Source: Octopus sinensis
Taxonomy: Eukaryota
Direction: 5' to 3'
Length of the DNA: 64,000 bases
Assembly (NCBI RefSeq): GCF_006345805.1
Contig: NC_043014.1
Span: 38,130,001 to 38,194,000 of the forward strand
Within the stretch, counting starts at the first letter, position 1. Every line of letters begins with the position of its first letter. Below are positions 12,228 to 24,595 of the stretch, one piece after another. The position numbers were made by a program, and so were the translations under genes. The notes under the pieces are model-generated. The model had not been told where the DNA came from. It saw only the letters and a list, made by a program, of their open reading frames with translations, and did no database searches.

Positions 12228-12377
12228 CAACATCCAAATTTCATTTGTGTCAAAATATTTTCGTTACTTTGAAACCGCGACCTGTTCACTGATAAAACTT
12301 GGGGAAGCTTTGTCAGTGAACAGGTCGCGGTTTCAAAGCGACGAACATATTTTGAAACAAATGAAGTTTAAATGTTG
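12228..12377. repeat. fold-back palindrome, about 70-bp arms
   Basis: Perfect 26-bp core ctttgaaaccgcgacctgttcactga (12267-12292) / tcagtgaacaggtcgcggtttcaaag (12313-12338), with imperfect extension outwards. Confidence 0.85.
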
Positions 12378-12379
12378 AT

Positions 12380-12614
12380 GGTTTCCTGCGAGAGAAGGAG
12401 TTCAAAACTCAAACCGATCCTGAAAGTGCGTTCAAAGAGTTCATCAACTCCAGAACTCCAGATTTTTAAGTTACCGGAATAAACAAACTTGTAACTCGTT
12501 GGCAATGTGTTGATTGTAGTGGTACTTACTTGAGGAATAAAATTTCCGCATTGTTGAAATATGTTGAGATGAACTTCATGTTTCAAAACGTTGGTTATAT
12601 TTTACTCAGCCTGA
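12380..12614 (+). pseudogene. mariner transposase C-terminal fragment with right TIR
   Basis: FLREKEFKTQTDPESAFKEFINSRTPDF*VTGINKLVTRWQCVDCSGTY, ending ttactcagcctga followed by TA. Confidence 0.7.
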
Positions 12615-12635
12615 TACGTATATATATGTTGTGTG

Positions 12636-12681
<46 letters not shown>

Positions 12682-12956
12682 GTATGTGTAGATAGAGAGA
12701 GAGAGAGAGAGAGATGTGGGAGAGGTGAGATAGATAAATTTACATACACAAGCTCATATACATAAACACAAATGCATATACATACATATATATATATATA
12801 TATTATAACACACACACATGCAAACACACACTCAAACGTGTGTGTATATCCGTCTGTCGGTATGTGAGCATGTATGTTTGCACCTATATAAGTGTATGTT
12901 TATAGATGGATGTGACTATATAAATGAGTATAAGTGTCTCTAAGACCGTTTGTTTG

Positions 12957-13021
<65 letters not shown>

Positions 13022-13741
13022 GTGTATGTCTGTCAGTGAGTGTCTATGGGCATATCCGTTGTGTACAAAATGTATGTGTACGTCTGAACGAACATGTGTG
13101 CATATAAATATATATATATATATATATATATGAGTGTGTGCACAAGAGAGATAGAGACACACAGACAGAAAAGAGGAGAGAGAGTGAGAAGGAGAGTGAG
13201 TATAACAGAATGGTATTGCTGTGATAAATAAGATTTGGACGTTAATAGAGATTAAAAAGAAAGGAATGGGTCAGATTTAGGGCGGATTCTGATGGAAAAT
13301 AAAAACGTAACACAAGGTTGATATACGCTAAAGAATAGAATATAGCCAGGTGTGTTTCTTTCGGATACATTATCGGAGTAGTAGTGGTGGTGGGTGTAGT
13401 TTTGGTATGGGAAGTGGCGGCGGCGGTGGCGGTGGCGGTGGCGGTGGTGGTAGGGGAGGCGGTGGGAACGGTGATGCTATTTTGGTGATGGCCTATGTGG
13501 TTGATGGGTGTGCAGGTAGGTACCCGTGAAGGCGAGTAGGGCCCGTCCACGGAGGCGGTTACTTCACACACAGACATACGCACACATACGCACACGCTCA
13601 CACATACACACAGGCGCGCACGCACACATACACACATCATAAATGCACACACACACATACAGGTAGAGCTGTGAACAAAATCACTCAGTTTCTATAGATA
13701 ATTAGTTCTAAAGAAAGCCGATATATAACATATATATATTA

Positions 13742-13800
<59 letters not shown>

Positions 13801-14544
13801 ATATATATACATATATATATACACACACATATATATATATACACACATTCTCTATATCTATAGATATATATATATGTATATATATATATATAATATATAT
13901 ATACATATATATATACATATACATATATATACATATATATATACATATATATACCATATATATATATAGATATATATATATATATATATAAGATAATATA
14001 TATATATATGCACACACATACATATATATGTATATGTGAATGTATGTATATGTGTATATATGTTTGGATGCATATATGTATGTGTGCGTGAGTGTGTGTA
14101 TGTGTGTGTGGGGTGGTGGATAGGGGGTGTATAAGGTATGCAAATGAGCCAGTGTTGTTACATTGTGTCGATTGTAATCATTTCCTCTAATAGAACAGAT
14201 GGTACAAAAGAGACGAAGATAGATACTGAGACAGAAAGCGAGAGAGAGACACACAGACCGACAGACAGACAGGCAGAAAGACTGACAGAAGGTGAGAGAG
14301 AGAGAGAGAGCAGTACGAATGGAGAACGGTTGGTAAACTATACCAGAACATTGAAATTAACTGCTATCTAATAAGGCAGAAAATGGCCGAATAAAGAAAA
14401 GAGGAGACGGGGTTTAGGGTAGGGTCTGCATATAGCGGCCGTCGTGGTGTCGGTGGTGGTGGTGGTGGTGTGTTATGATCGTCCTTCTGTCTGTATAAAT
14501 ATTCTAGAGTATTCATCAAAGGTGTTGTGGGGTTAAAGATACAC

Positions 14545-14636
14545 GACAATGCGGGTTAGAGTAAGGGGTTTAGAATGATACTCGGATAAAATCAGGGGAT
14601 AAGGTAAGGGTTAAGGTGAGGGTTAAGGTTAGGGAT
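14545..14636 (+). repeat. degenerate (TTAGGG)-like tract
   Basis: gggttagagtaagggg...gtaagggttaaggtgagggttaaggttaggg. Confidence 0.5.
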
Positions 14637-14942
14637 TTGATCTGTGTGTGTGTGTGAGTGTGTGTGCGCGTGTGTGTTTGTGTGTGAGTGTGTGTGTATG
14701 TATGTATGCATATATATATATATATATATATATACACACGCACATTCATACTTATATATATATACTTATACATATATTACATATTATGTGTTATATATAC
14801 ATATATATGTATATGTATATATATATATACATATATATACATAATATATATAGTATATCTAGATATATATATTATATATATGAGGATTCAGTTTCTGTGC
14901 CCTATCAGTATTGTGTGAAGTATATATATATGTAAATATATG

Positions 14943-14976
<34 letters not shown>

Positions 14977-16597
14977 CATACATATATATATATACACATA
15001 TATATATACATACTATATATATAATATATATATATCTATAATATATATATAATACATATATATATATATATACATTGGGGATTCAACAATACGGAAGTGA
15101 AATCAAAAGAGAGCCTAGACGGTGGCAATGTTTGTAAGGGGTGGGGGACGTGGTGTTAGGCTAAGGGTTGGGGATTTTTTTTCTAAAAAATAAAAACAAA
15201 TAAAAGCAGGGTTTCCAAAAACACTACACCTCGAAAACGTTGCATGAAAGAATAAAAGACTTCAAATTGAATAGCCGAATATGTCATTTTGTAAAACGCC
15301 ATATCCGCCCTTGAAAGGAAACGAAGGGGAAAAATCGGGAAAAAAAGGGGTCTGGAGAGAAAATGAAGTAAGACGAAAAGAAAATAGGGTTGGTTGGTTG
15401 GGTGGTTGGGAGGGAGGGGGGAGAAGAAGCTGCTCTATTAGTTTTCCGCGTGTATTTTGTATATAATATGGAGCAAGCTATGAGCCCATGAGTTGTATCG
15501 TTGCTAGACACCGTATACGTATGTATACGTATATGTACGTGTGCATATATATACATATGCATGCGTGTGTGTGTGTATATATGCATGTATATGTATATTA
15601 TATATATATATATATATTTTATATACATACATACATACATATGTATATATACATATATATATACAACATACATACATATATATATATACATATATATATA
15701 TAATATATAATATATAATATATATATATACATACATATATATATATATACATACATATATATATATATTGTATATCTATACATACACACACGCACGCACC
15801 CACACACACACATACACACGCACACACATATACACACACATCCATTCGTAAATTAGTTGATTTATTAGAGATAAACCACGAAGCCAAAAAGTTTCATACA
15901 AAAAAAAAGGAAAGGAACAAAGAAGAAAGGAGGGAATAAAGAATAGAGAAAAGAACCCTTAAAAATGTCCGACTTTGAGAAAAACTAATCAATCAACAGA
16001 ATTTAAATATGGGGTGTGAACCCTACTCTTACCTAAAAGGAAACGGCGTTTGAACGCCGAATAGATTGAAGTTTTCCGTTGATTTAAGGATAAAACTGCT
16101 TGTTGGTGGAGCAAACTTCCACCCCGGCTGTTCCTCATACAAACAAACACACATATGCACACGTGAATATTTATGTATATCTATACATATACCTCCAGTA
16201 TCATCATTTTACTTTTCATATATTTTTATCTATTTATACAGTTGTTTTTCATCATTACTCGCCTCCACACACCTACACACACCAAGAATTACACACTCCT
16301 TCCCCTATGACTATCCTGATAAAAGAATACTTCCTATACATGCACACATTATCCTCCCTCCTCCTCCCTACCCGGCCCCTAATCCCTTTCCCCTTTTTTC
16401 CAACCACTTTTTTTCTCATTCTTTTTATTTTTCACACCAACTTCCTCATTATTTGATCTTTTCTGGTGAAGGACTAACATCCAAAACGTCAAGACACTGT
16501 TCGTCATAAGTGTTAAACTAAAACAACATTTGTTAAATCTTTTCCCTCTCGTGTTGTCATATTTTTATACTCTTTGGCGAATATATATAAAATTACA

Positions 16598-16648
<51 letters not shown>

Positions 16649-16691
16649 CAAATGAAAGACAGAAGATGGAATATACGAGAATATATTATTA

Positions 16692-16794
16692 ATCACAACA
16701 ATTGTTTCGATACATCTAGCATCGACTCCTCTTGTGGGACATACCAAAACTGGTACAGGAGTATCCGATTGTGCAGAGTATCTCATCGGGTGAT
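16692..16794 (-). ncRNA. type I hammerhead motif with branched long helix II, core variant CCGATGA
   Basis: Minus strand: ATCAC-CCGATGA-GATAC...GTATC-GAAA-C-AATT-GTT/GTGAT. Both helix I and the helix II base are 5 bp. The insert contains ACTCCT/AGGAGT and a TACCA/TGGTA hairpin. Confidence 0.75.
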
Positions 16795-16946
16795 AAATAA
16801 CTAAAAAAATCTGTTAAAATGACAGTTCCATAATGCAACTTTTCGTTTTGTAGAGAGAAAAACAGCCAGACGGAGGAAAATTCTTCATATATATAGAAGA
16901 TCCCAAAATCAAATTGCAGAAGACACTTAATCCAGCGAGAAAAGTG

Positions 16947-16988
<42 letters not shown>

Positions 16989-16997
16989 AAATTATAT

Positions 16998-17133
16998 TAT
17001 ATGAAAGAATGGAGTTGAACGACTAGTTAACAAATATCCTTTCTTCTCGAATTAGGAATATGCAGCCTTCGAAACATATGTCGAGAATAAAGGATATTTG
17101 TTAACTAGTCGTTCAACTCCATTCTTTCATATA
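16998..17133 (+). repeat. fold-back element (51-bp arms, 1 mismatch) with 3' half of a hammerhead at the apex
   Basis: Arms are 16998-17048 and 17083-17133. The loop ends in ccttCGAAACATATGTC directly followed by the right arm; CUGANGA is absent. Confidence 0.8.
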
Positions 17134-17286
17134 CTTATAATTTTTAAAATAACATACATTTCTGCACGAAGACACGTAGTCTATCCCTAGGGACGTAGCT
17201 TCAACCGTGTTCTTTCTGATGTGAATTTGCTACCCAGGTATCGGTTATCTTTCGAATTATCCTTATAAGGTAATTCATTCATTACT

Positions 17287-17330
<44 letters not shown>

Positions 17331-17353
17331 GTGTGGTGTGTGTGTGTGTGTGT

Positions 17354-17391
<38 letters not shown>

Positions 17392-17699
17392 TTTATATAT
17401 ATATTATCCACACTCACACATTCATTCTTAGATTGATTTCTTCAAAATTATTATTATTATTATTTATTTTTGTAACGAATTGGTACAATCGATGGAACTG
17501 ATTGAACATTACTAGAATTTGGGGAAAACAAAGAAAATTATTGAACATAAGTAAATGAATGAATTGTGAAATTTACTTAGGTCGGTGAGGATTTGAACCC
17601 TGAAAGTAGAGAGCCGACACCGAGTGTTTTAGTACATTTAATCCATTGTAGCTCTGTCTCAGTCATTGTAGCTCATGTCTCAATTTATATATCTTCTTA

Positions 17700-17870
17700 A
17701 TTTTGGCACAAGACCATCACTTTTGAGGAGAGCGAATAGTCGATTTCATCAACCACACAGTTCAACTGGTGTTCATATTATCAACCACGATAAAAATGAA
17801 AAGCTAAGTTACATCGGCGGGATTTGAACTCAGAACGTAAAACGCCAAAAGAAATACCGCTAAGCATATG
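17700..17870 (-). mobile_element. diverged tRNA-derived SINE (GGCGAGCTGGCAGAA-head family)
   Basis: ggcgggatttgaactcagaacgtaa...gaaataccgctaagcat, the reverse complement of the family head and B-box. Confidence 0.65.
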
Positions 17871-18691
17871 GCAGTGTCGGATATGGCTGGGTGGCCCTTA
17901 CACAACTTACATGTCCTACATGAGAGAAGCATGGGAAATGGTGGGATACAAGAACTCAAGCGGCACTGAAGATAATGCTGGATATATTGATGGATATATC
18001 GATGAGTAGGAGGTGAAAAAGCCTCGTTAGGGGGTTTGAAACCTCATCTTATTGCATTATTTGTAGTGGTTTATAACCTCAATTGTGTGTTTAAAAAAAC
18101 ATGTTAAGTAAGAAGCTTTAGTGCCTCTTTCTTGTAAGAGGTTTGAAACCTCATATTGATTTTTAAAAAAAAGAAAATATGTTTTCGAGAAAAATCCAAT
18201 CGGCGGGTGTTGGGTTTCGTCTCTCATTTATTCATTTTATTTCATTTTCATTCATTAATGTGTTTGACCAGCCCGCAGCTACTCTGTATGCTGCCTTTTA
18301 TGGCAAATAAAATGAAATAAGCACACCTCAATGTTTCAGTTTTACAATGACAAATACTTTGAATTTAGTCGATGTCACGTGCATGTGCTGTACAGGTAAC
18401 ATAACAATTCTGTTACGTTTGTTTCGATGTTATGAAATAAAATATGTTTGGTGCTGCAGCCTGATTGATTTATGTCGCTTAATGATTAATGTCTCGTGTC
18501 ACTTTTGGCTGCACTACATAAATGCTTACTTTTATACATGCATAGAGAATTCGAGATGCACGTATGTGCTAAATCATAACCATAAATCCAAACTCTCTGC
18601 ATCCATTAGTCTGGGAACTTGGCAGCTCAGTGATAACGTTGTCTCCACATTTATTGACGAAAAAAGACACACACATACACACACACACACA

Positions 18692-18727
<36 letters not shown>

Positions 18728-18885
18728 ACACACACACACGTCATACAAATTTTCTATGTGTACCCTGTCGATGACTTATTGACTTATACAATATATACGC
18801 GCATTCGCTTACACGTGTTTACACGCACGTGCATATAAGCAATCATGTGTGTGTGTGTATGCGTGTGTTTGTATACATAAACATA

Positions 18886-18920
<35 letters not shown>

Positions 18921-19389
18921 TTCTATACATACATACATACATACATACATACATACATACATACATACATACATACGTACGTACGTACATTTATCCATGC
19001 ACATTTACATACATAACATTGACACTTATATACGCTGTTGGCTCTCGTTTACAATGAAGACACAGCGGGAAGACACGCGGAAAAACAACCGGAATACTAA
19101 ATTTTTACCTGAGTGAGAAAGGGTCTTGACAATTGCTTCAAACTATGAAAGAACCAGCATTTGTCACTATTCTGACACCAGCAGTCAAATAGATGGTAGA
19201 TATTTACTTAAATTTCTGTCAAAATCTCAACCAATTCAATGACATCTGTATATATGCATGTATATGTATGTGCGTTTGTGTATATATTTATATACACATC
19301 TAAATGTATATATGTGTGTGCGTATACGTACACATATATATATGTATACACATATGTATATACATATGTATATGTATATACGTGTGTGT

Positions 19390-19456
<67 letters not shown>

Positions 19457-19985
19457 CATACATACATACATACATATATACACACACACACACACATATA
19501 TATATATAATATATATATATATAAAGAACGACTTTGTCCTCTGTTTCCGTGATTCTGTCTTTATTGTTCGTGGAACCTGACATAATCGTTCATGTCAACT
19601 GGGAAATAATTCATGATTTTGTACAGGAAAATGAGAGAAAGAAAGAAAGAAAGGAAGAAAGAAAGAAAGAAAGAAAGAAAGGAAGGAAGGACCGGAACGG
19701 AAGATGATGAATTAGAGCCCACCTCAAGAACGAATGTCAAAGGTATTGTTGGGAATACCTTACGCTATTTCAATTTCACTATTAATGACGTGACCATCAC
19801 GCAATCTAGGTAGAGCAGCCGATTTTATATGAGGGGAGATTCAACTGAATGAAATTGTATTACAACCAACAAATTACCACCACCACCATCACCATCATAG
19901 CCATCACCACTACCACCACAACTATTCGCCGTCTTCATCGTTATCATCGTCATCGTTAATGGCTTCCACCTTATCAGTTACCTCA

Positions 19986-20230
19986 GTGGAGGCGCATGGC
20001 TTAGTGGTTAAGGTGTTGGACTCATGATCGTAAGATTGTGGTATCGATTCCTGGACCGGGCGAGGCGTTGCGTTTTTGACCAAAATAATTTATTTCAAGT
20101 TGTTCCAGTCCACTCAGCCGGCAAAAATGAGTAATCTTGTGACAGACTGGCGTCCCTTCCAGGCGAAGAATACAAATGCCATAGAAATCAGGAAACCGAC
20201 CCCTATAAGTCGGTAGGACTCCAGAAGGAA
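19986..20230 (+). mobile_element. tRNA-derived SINE
   Basis: ggcgcatggcttagtggttaaggtgttggactcatgatcgtaag...gtatcgattcc (B-box-like)...cagtccactcagccggcaaaaatgagt. Confidence 0.85.
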
Positions 20231-20339
20231 ACTTTACCATCATTTGCATCAGCAACGTTCTTCTTCTCTCCGCTTGAAACACGCGATATAGTCAGTCCCT
20301 CGTCTTCAATATTTGAGGATTTTCTACTCTAGGCACAAC

Positions 20340-20895
20340 GCGCGAAATCTTTGGGCAGTGGGCCAGTCGATTAGATCGACCTCAGTATGCAACTGGTACT
20401 TAATTCTTCGACCCCGAAAGCATGAAAGGCAAAGTTGACCTCGGCGGGATTTGAACGTAAAGACAGACCAAATACCTATTTCTTTACTACCCACCAGGGG
20501 CTAAACACAGAGGGGACAAACAGGGACAGACAAACGGATTATGTCGATTATATCGACCCCAGTGCGTAACTGGTACATATTTAATCGACCCTAAAAAGAT
20601 GAAAGGCAAAGTCGACCTCGGCGGAATTTGAACTCAGAACGTAACGGCAGACGAAATACCTATTTCTTTACTACCTACAAGAGGCTAAACTCACAGAGGG
20701 GACAAACAAGGACAGACAAACGGATTAAGTCGATTATATCGATCCCAATGCGTAACTGGTACTTATTTAATCGATCCCGAAAGGATGAAAGGCAAAGTCG
20801 ACCTCGGCGGAATTTGAACTCAGAACGTAGCGGCAGATGAAATACCGCTAAGCATTTCGCCCGGCGTGCTAACGTTTCTGCCAGCTCGCCGCCTT
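20340..20895 (-). mobile_element. SINE with three tandem about 184-bp body units
   Basis: Landmark (g)aaatacc at about 20470, 20653 and 20839; head RC at 20840-20895. Confidence 0.85.
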
Positions 20896-21029
20896 GATTT
20901 TCTTCAATGCTGGATTGCTGCTTATATGTTATAACCAGTAATATAAGAGGGCTCTACTATACTAATTTTTTGTTCTCCATCTTCCTCCTGCACTTACTCC
21001 TGTCCCTGCCTCTTCAGAAGAATTCTTTT

Positions 21030-21402
21030 ATTCTTTTACTTGTTTCAGTCATCTGACTACAGCCATGCTGGAGCACCGCCTTAATGGGTTTTTAGTCGAA
21101 GAAATCGACCCCAAGACTTATTCTTTGTAAGCCTAGCACTTATTCAATCGGTTTATTTTGTCAAACCGCTAAGTTACAGGTACGTAAACACACCAACATC
21201 GGTTGTCAAGCGATGGTGGGGGAAGACAAACACAGACACACTCACACATAAATATATAAATTTATATATACGACGGGCTTCTTTCAGTTTCCGTCTACCA
21301 AATCCATTTACAAGGCTTTGGTTGGCCCGAGGCTATAGTAAAAGACACTTGCCCAAGGTGCCACGCAGTGGAACCCAGAATCTTCTTACTACACAGCCGC
21401 AT
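21030..21402 (-). mobile_element. CORE-type two-part SINE
   Basis: cttttacttgtttcagtcat..gact..gccatgctggagcaccgcc...gacgggcttctttcagtttccgtctacc...cccaaggtgccacgcagtgg. Confidence 0.9.
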
Positions 21403-21681
21403 GACATGATAAAGGGAAGACGTTGTAAATAGAGTTTGCTATTTTACAGTCGCAATCAAAATGGGAAAGCCATACAATTCCAACCAAAAAGCTTCAAGTG
21501 AATTAATCACATATTTTGGTGTGTGTGCACGTGTGTATGAGCGTGTGTGTGTGCGTGTGTGTATGTGTATGTATGTGTGGAGGGGCGTATGTGTGCGCGA
21601 GGGAGAGAGGGTATTTTCTGTGTGTATGTGTGATGTGTTAGCATCTGCGTGCACACATGTATATATGTGTATGTGTATACG

Positions 21682-21713
<32 letters not shown>

Positions 21714-21745
21714 TATATATATATGCGTGCACACACACACATATA

Positions 21746-21856
21746 CGAGGGGTGTATGAAAAGTCTTGAGCATAAAAAAAACAAGACTTCTGATGGATGT
21801 ACAAGACTTCAAAGCTCAAAGGCCTTAAAGGGTCAAAACGTTTCATACACCCATCG
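21746..21856. mobile_element. mariner-type MITE, 111 bp
   Basis: TIRs cgaggggtgtatgaaa / tttcatacacccatcg, with TA on both sides. Confidence 0.75.
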
Positions 21857-21861
21857 TATAT

Positions 21862-21985
21862 TGGCGCCGGCGTGGCAGTGTGGTAAGAAGCTTGCTTCCC
21901 AATAACATGGTTCGGGTGTTCAGTCCCACTACGTGGCACTTTGTTAATAGACTTGGTAGCCGCAAAATGAAAGAAGCCCGTCGTA
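21862..21985 (+). mobile_element. CORE-type SINE head with internal deletion
   Basis: gtggcagtgtggtaagaagcttgcttccc...gttcagtcccactacgtggcac...gaaagaagcccgtcg. Confidence 0.7.
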
Positions 21986-22031
21986 AGTAGGTATGTGTGC
22001 GCGTGGACGTGCGTGTGTGTGTGTGTGTGTG

Positions 22032-22068
<37 letters not shown>

Positions 22069-22070
22069 GG

Positions 22071-22807
22071 TAAGATCCAAGGATCAAGATATAAGAAAAT
22101 AGCAAGCTTCGAGTAATCCGTAGAAGGTATAAAACCCAACTTTCGGGAACTATAGTGATTTATTGACGTAGACGGTCGTAAAGTTTTCCCCGTATCGAAG
22201 CTCGATAAGCTGAAAAAAATTGTTTTATAGCTTACGGTTAGCAGCAGGGGTTGCTGTATATGCGAATAAAAATCCAAAATTGGGGAATGGGGCAAACAGA
22301 CTCCAAACCTCGGAAGTAGTAATTATCCCAGGTACTACTCGGTCGAGTCAAAGATACCTTAATCAAAAGAAGTTTACATTATCGTCAAGGGATATCATGT
22401 TGACTGGCAGGGGATTCGATTTTCAGCTCCTGCTAGTTAACATTAGATCCCTTGACAATATTAACTTCTTTTGATTAAGGTATCTTTAGCCCGACAAGTA
22501 GCTAGCGGATAATTACTCGTTTGGATAATTACTACTTCCGAGATTCTACTATCTATGAAGTATATGTAACCTGGATTTTATCAACTCCATTCCCTAATTT
22601 TGGGGTTTTATTCGCACACACAACAAACCCTGCTGCTAACTGAAAGCCATAAAACAATTTTTTTCAGCTTATCGCTGAATGGATATGGGAGAAGATTTAC
22701 AACCTTCTACGTCAACAAACCACTATTGTTCCTGAAAGTTGTTTTCTATACAGTCTATGGACTGCTCGAAGCTTACTACCGACCTACACATTGATCCTTG
22801 GATCTTA
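22071..22807. mobile_element. 737-bp whole-length fold-back element
   Basis: Termini taagatccaaggatcaa / ttgatccttggatctta; internal 25-bp perfect pair aaagataccttaatcaaaagaagtt / aacttcttttgattaaggtatcttt; centre atgttgactggcagg / cctgctagttaacat with a short loop. Confidence 0.85.
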
Positions 22808-22916
22808 TATATATATATATATAGTTAATCCAAACATGAAAACACAATGAGAAAACACAACAACGCGAGGACGTGGAACAAATATAGTATTATTGGACAC
22901 TCAGGAAAGAAGGAGG

Positions 22917-22951
22917 GTTTAACGTTTCGAGCGGAGCTCTTCCCCAGAAAC
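22917..22951 (-). ncRNA. minimal hammerhead motif with mutated core
   Basis: Minus strand: GTTT-CTGGGGA-a-GAGC-tcc-GCTC-GAAA-CG-TT/AAAC. The helices are intact and helix III is the palindrome ACGT, but the core has two substitutions relative to CTGANGA. Confidence 0.6.
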
Positions 22952-23039
22952 ATAGGAAAAGGAAAGATCCAAAGAAGGGAAGACAGAGGAAAAAAATCGC
23001 CAATGGAACATAAATTCAATGTCACTTTCAGCATCAAAT

Positions 23040-23275
23040 AACTGTTCCGTTTGTTCCTCCGTAAACATGTCAGCATCATTGTAGTGTAAATCTCCGTCAT
23101 CGTCAGATTCATAGTCAACATCAGAAGATTCACTTTCATTTATCTCATCTTTCCATACAACGTCATCCTGAGTATCATCCAGTGCAGACGATATACAACA
23201 TTCGATAAAACTTTTCGCAATAATCTGGGGATCAAGTTCATTCCATGCATACACGATCCATTTGCATATCAAAGT
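23040..23275 (-). pseudogene. pogo-family transposase C-terminal fragment
   Basis: ORF 22919-23272: ICKWIVYAWNELDPQIIAKSFIECCISSALDDTQDDVVW followed by an acidic tail, typical of pogo C-termini. Confidence 0.75.
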
Positions 23276-23284
23276 CAGGTCGGG

Positions 23285-23577
23285 AGCGAGAAATATGTTT
23301 GTAAATATGTTTGCAAATTGTTTTTGTTACATGTTATACTGTGTTCTGAATACTTTTATTTTAATAAATGTTGCTTACTACAAATTATGGATAATTCTTT
23401 TATGACTTCATTGCTTTCAGGCAAATGCGTCTGAATAAACATTGCCGGACAGCAAATAGAGACTCGGACATTGCTTAGAAAATAATTTTCATTTTTAACC
23501 CCGTATATAGTACGCTCTAGGGATTTTGAATTTAAAATTTTAGGGAAAAAATGCGGATTATAGTCGAGGACTTACGG
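23285..23577. mobile_element. terminal part of a pogo/Tc2-type DNA transposon
   Basis: Ends ...aaaaaatgcggattatagtcgaggacttacgg followed by TA (CCGTA-type TIR), with subterminal ccgtatatagtacg. Confidence 0.55.
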
Positions 23578-24138
23578 TATTTACACTAGATTCAATGTCG
23601 ACTTGTATGCTGGAATATACAGTATCTAAAGATTATCCTCGTCACAGACTTTCTGCTGTGGTTTTGGCAAAGCCACTTAAATTTCTATGGTGCGGTCCAC
23701 TTATCTTTATGGTTTCTATGATCACACAATTTCGGTTCTACAGTGATTGCAGCAGAGCAACTCGCTATGATCTTTTAGGTTTATTATCTTTAGATTTATA
23801 AGTGGTAGGCGTGAATTTTATCGAGGTCTTTCAGCAAGGCGTGTAACTGTCTACTGAAAAGTGAAGTATGAAAGTCTAATTTTTTCCTTTCGTTTATTTT
23901 TAAAAAATTTTTTATTTTTTGTAATTGTTGTTATTTTATTTATTTTTTTTTTTGGTCTTTTAACATTTCTTTGTGACTGGGGATGAGCAATAGAAGAAAG
24001 GCTAAGTTTGCGATGAACCAAGATGAGACTTCAATTTAAAGCTGAAGCGATTTCATTTCACTTCACTTCACTTATGATCCTCTTAATACTTTTCGAAAAG
24101 GGCATGGATCACACTAACTCATCTTCTCATAAATAATC

Positions 24139-24190
<52 letters not shown>

Positions 24191-24297
24191 TATACATGCA
24201 TACATATATACATACATACTTATATATATATATATGTGTGTGTGTATGTATGTATATATATATATATGTGTGTGTGTGTGTGAGTGTGTGTGTGTAT

Positions 24298-24595
24298 AGC
24301 GACGACCCTGCCTGCCACGCTGGCTCCGGCTGAGAGTACCCGGTATGGGTCCCTATCCAGGGTTACGGAAAAGAGACAACCTTCAAAGAAAACCCAGAGT
24401 GTTCAACTCGACACTATTCCGGCAGCTCCTGCTACCAAACTGGTGTCAAACGTAATGCTCTGCACTCCTTTGGACTACGCCAGCAAGGTTAGGAGAGGAA
24501 TCCTGACGATTGGGCTACCCAGGATTTTCTTACATCTAGCCCAGGCCTGCGCAAAACTGGAGAGGACATGAAATGTAAAAACCAGACTGGATTAG
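24298..24595 (+). mobile_element. probable RTE-type LINE 5' UTR / ORF start fragment
   Basis: GC-balanced non-microsatellite block ending ...SPGLRKTGEDMKCKNQT. The resemblance to RTE leaders is from memory. Confidence 0.4.

Noticed and set aside
13340-13560. Gly-rich frame ending in cag/gtaggt
   Set aside because: It is a (GGT/GGC)n low-complexity tract with no acceptor or homology evidence.
14545-14636. Interstitial telomere / fusion site
   Set aside because: Too short and degenerate; such tracts occur inside ordinary repeats.
18755-18785. taccctgtcgat resembling miR-10
   Set aside because: The match ends after the first few bases and there is no precursor hairpin.
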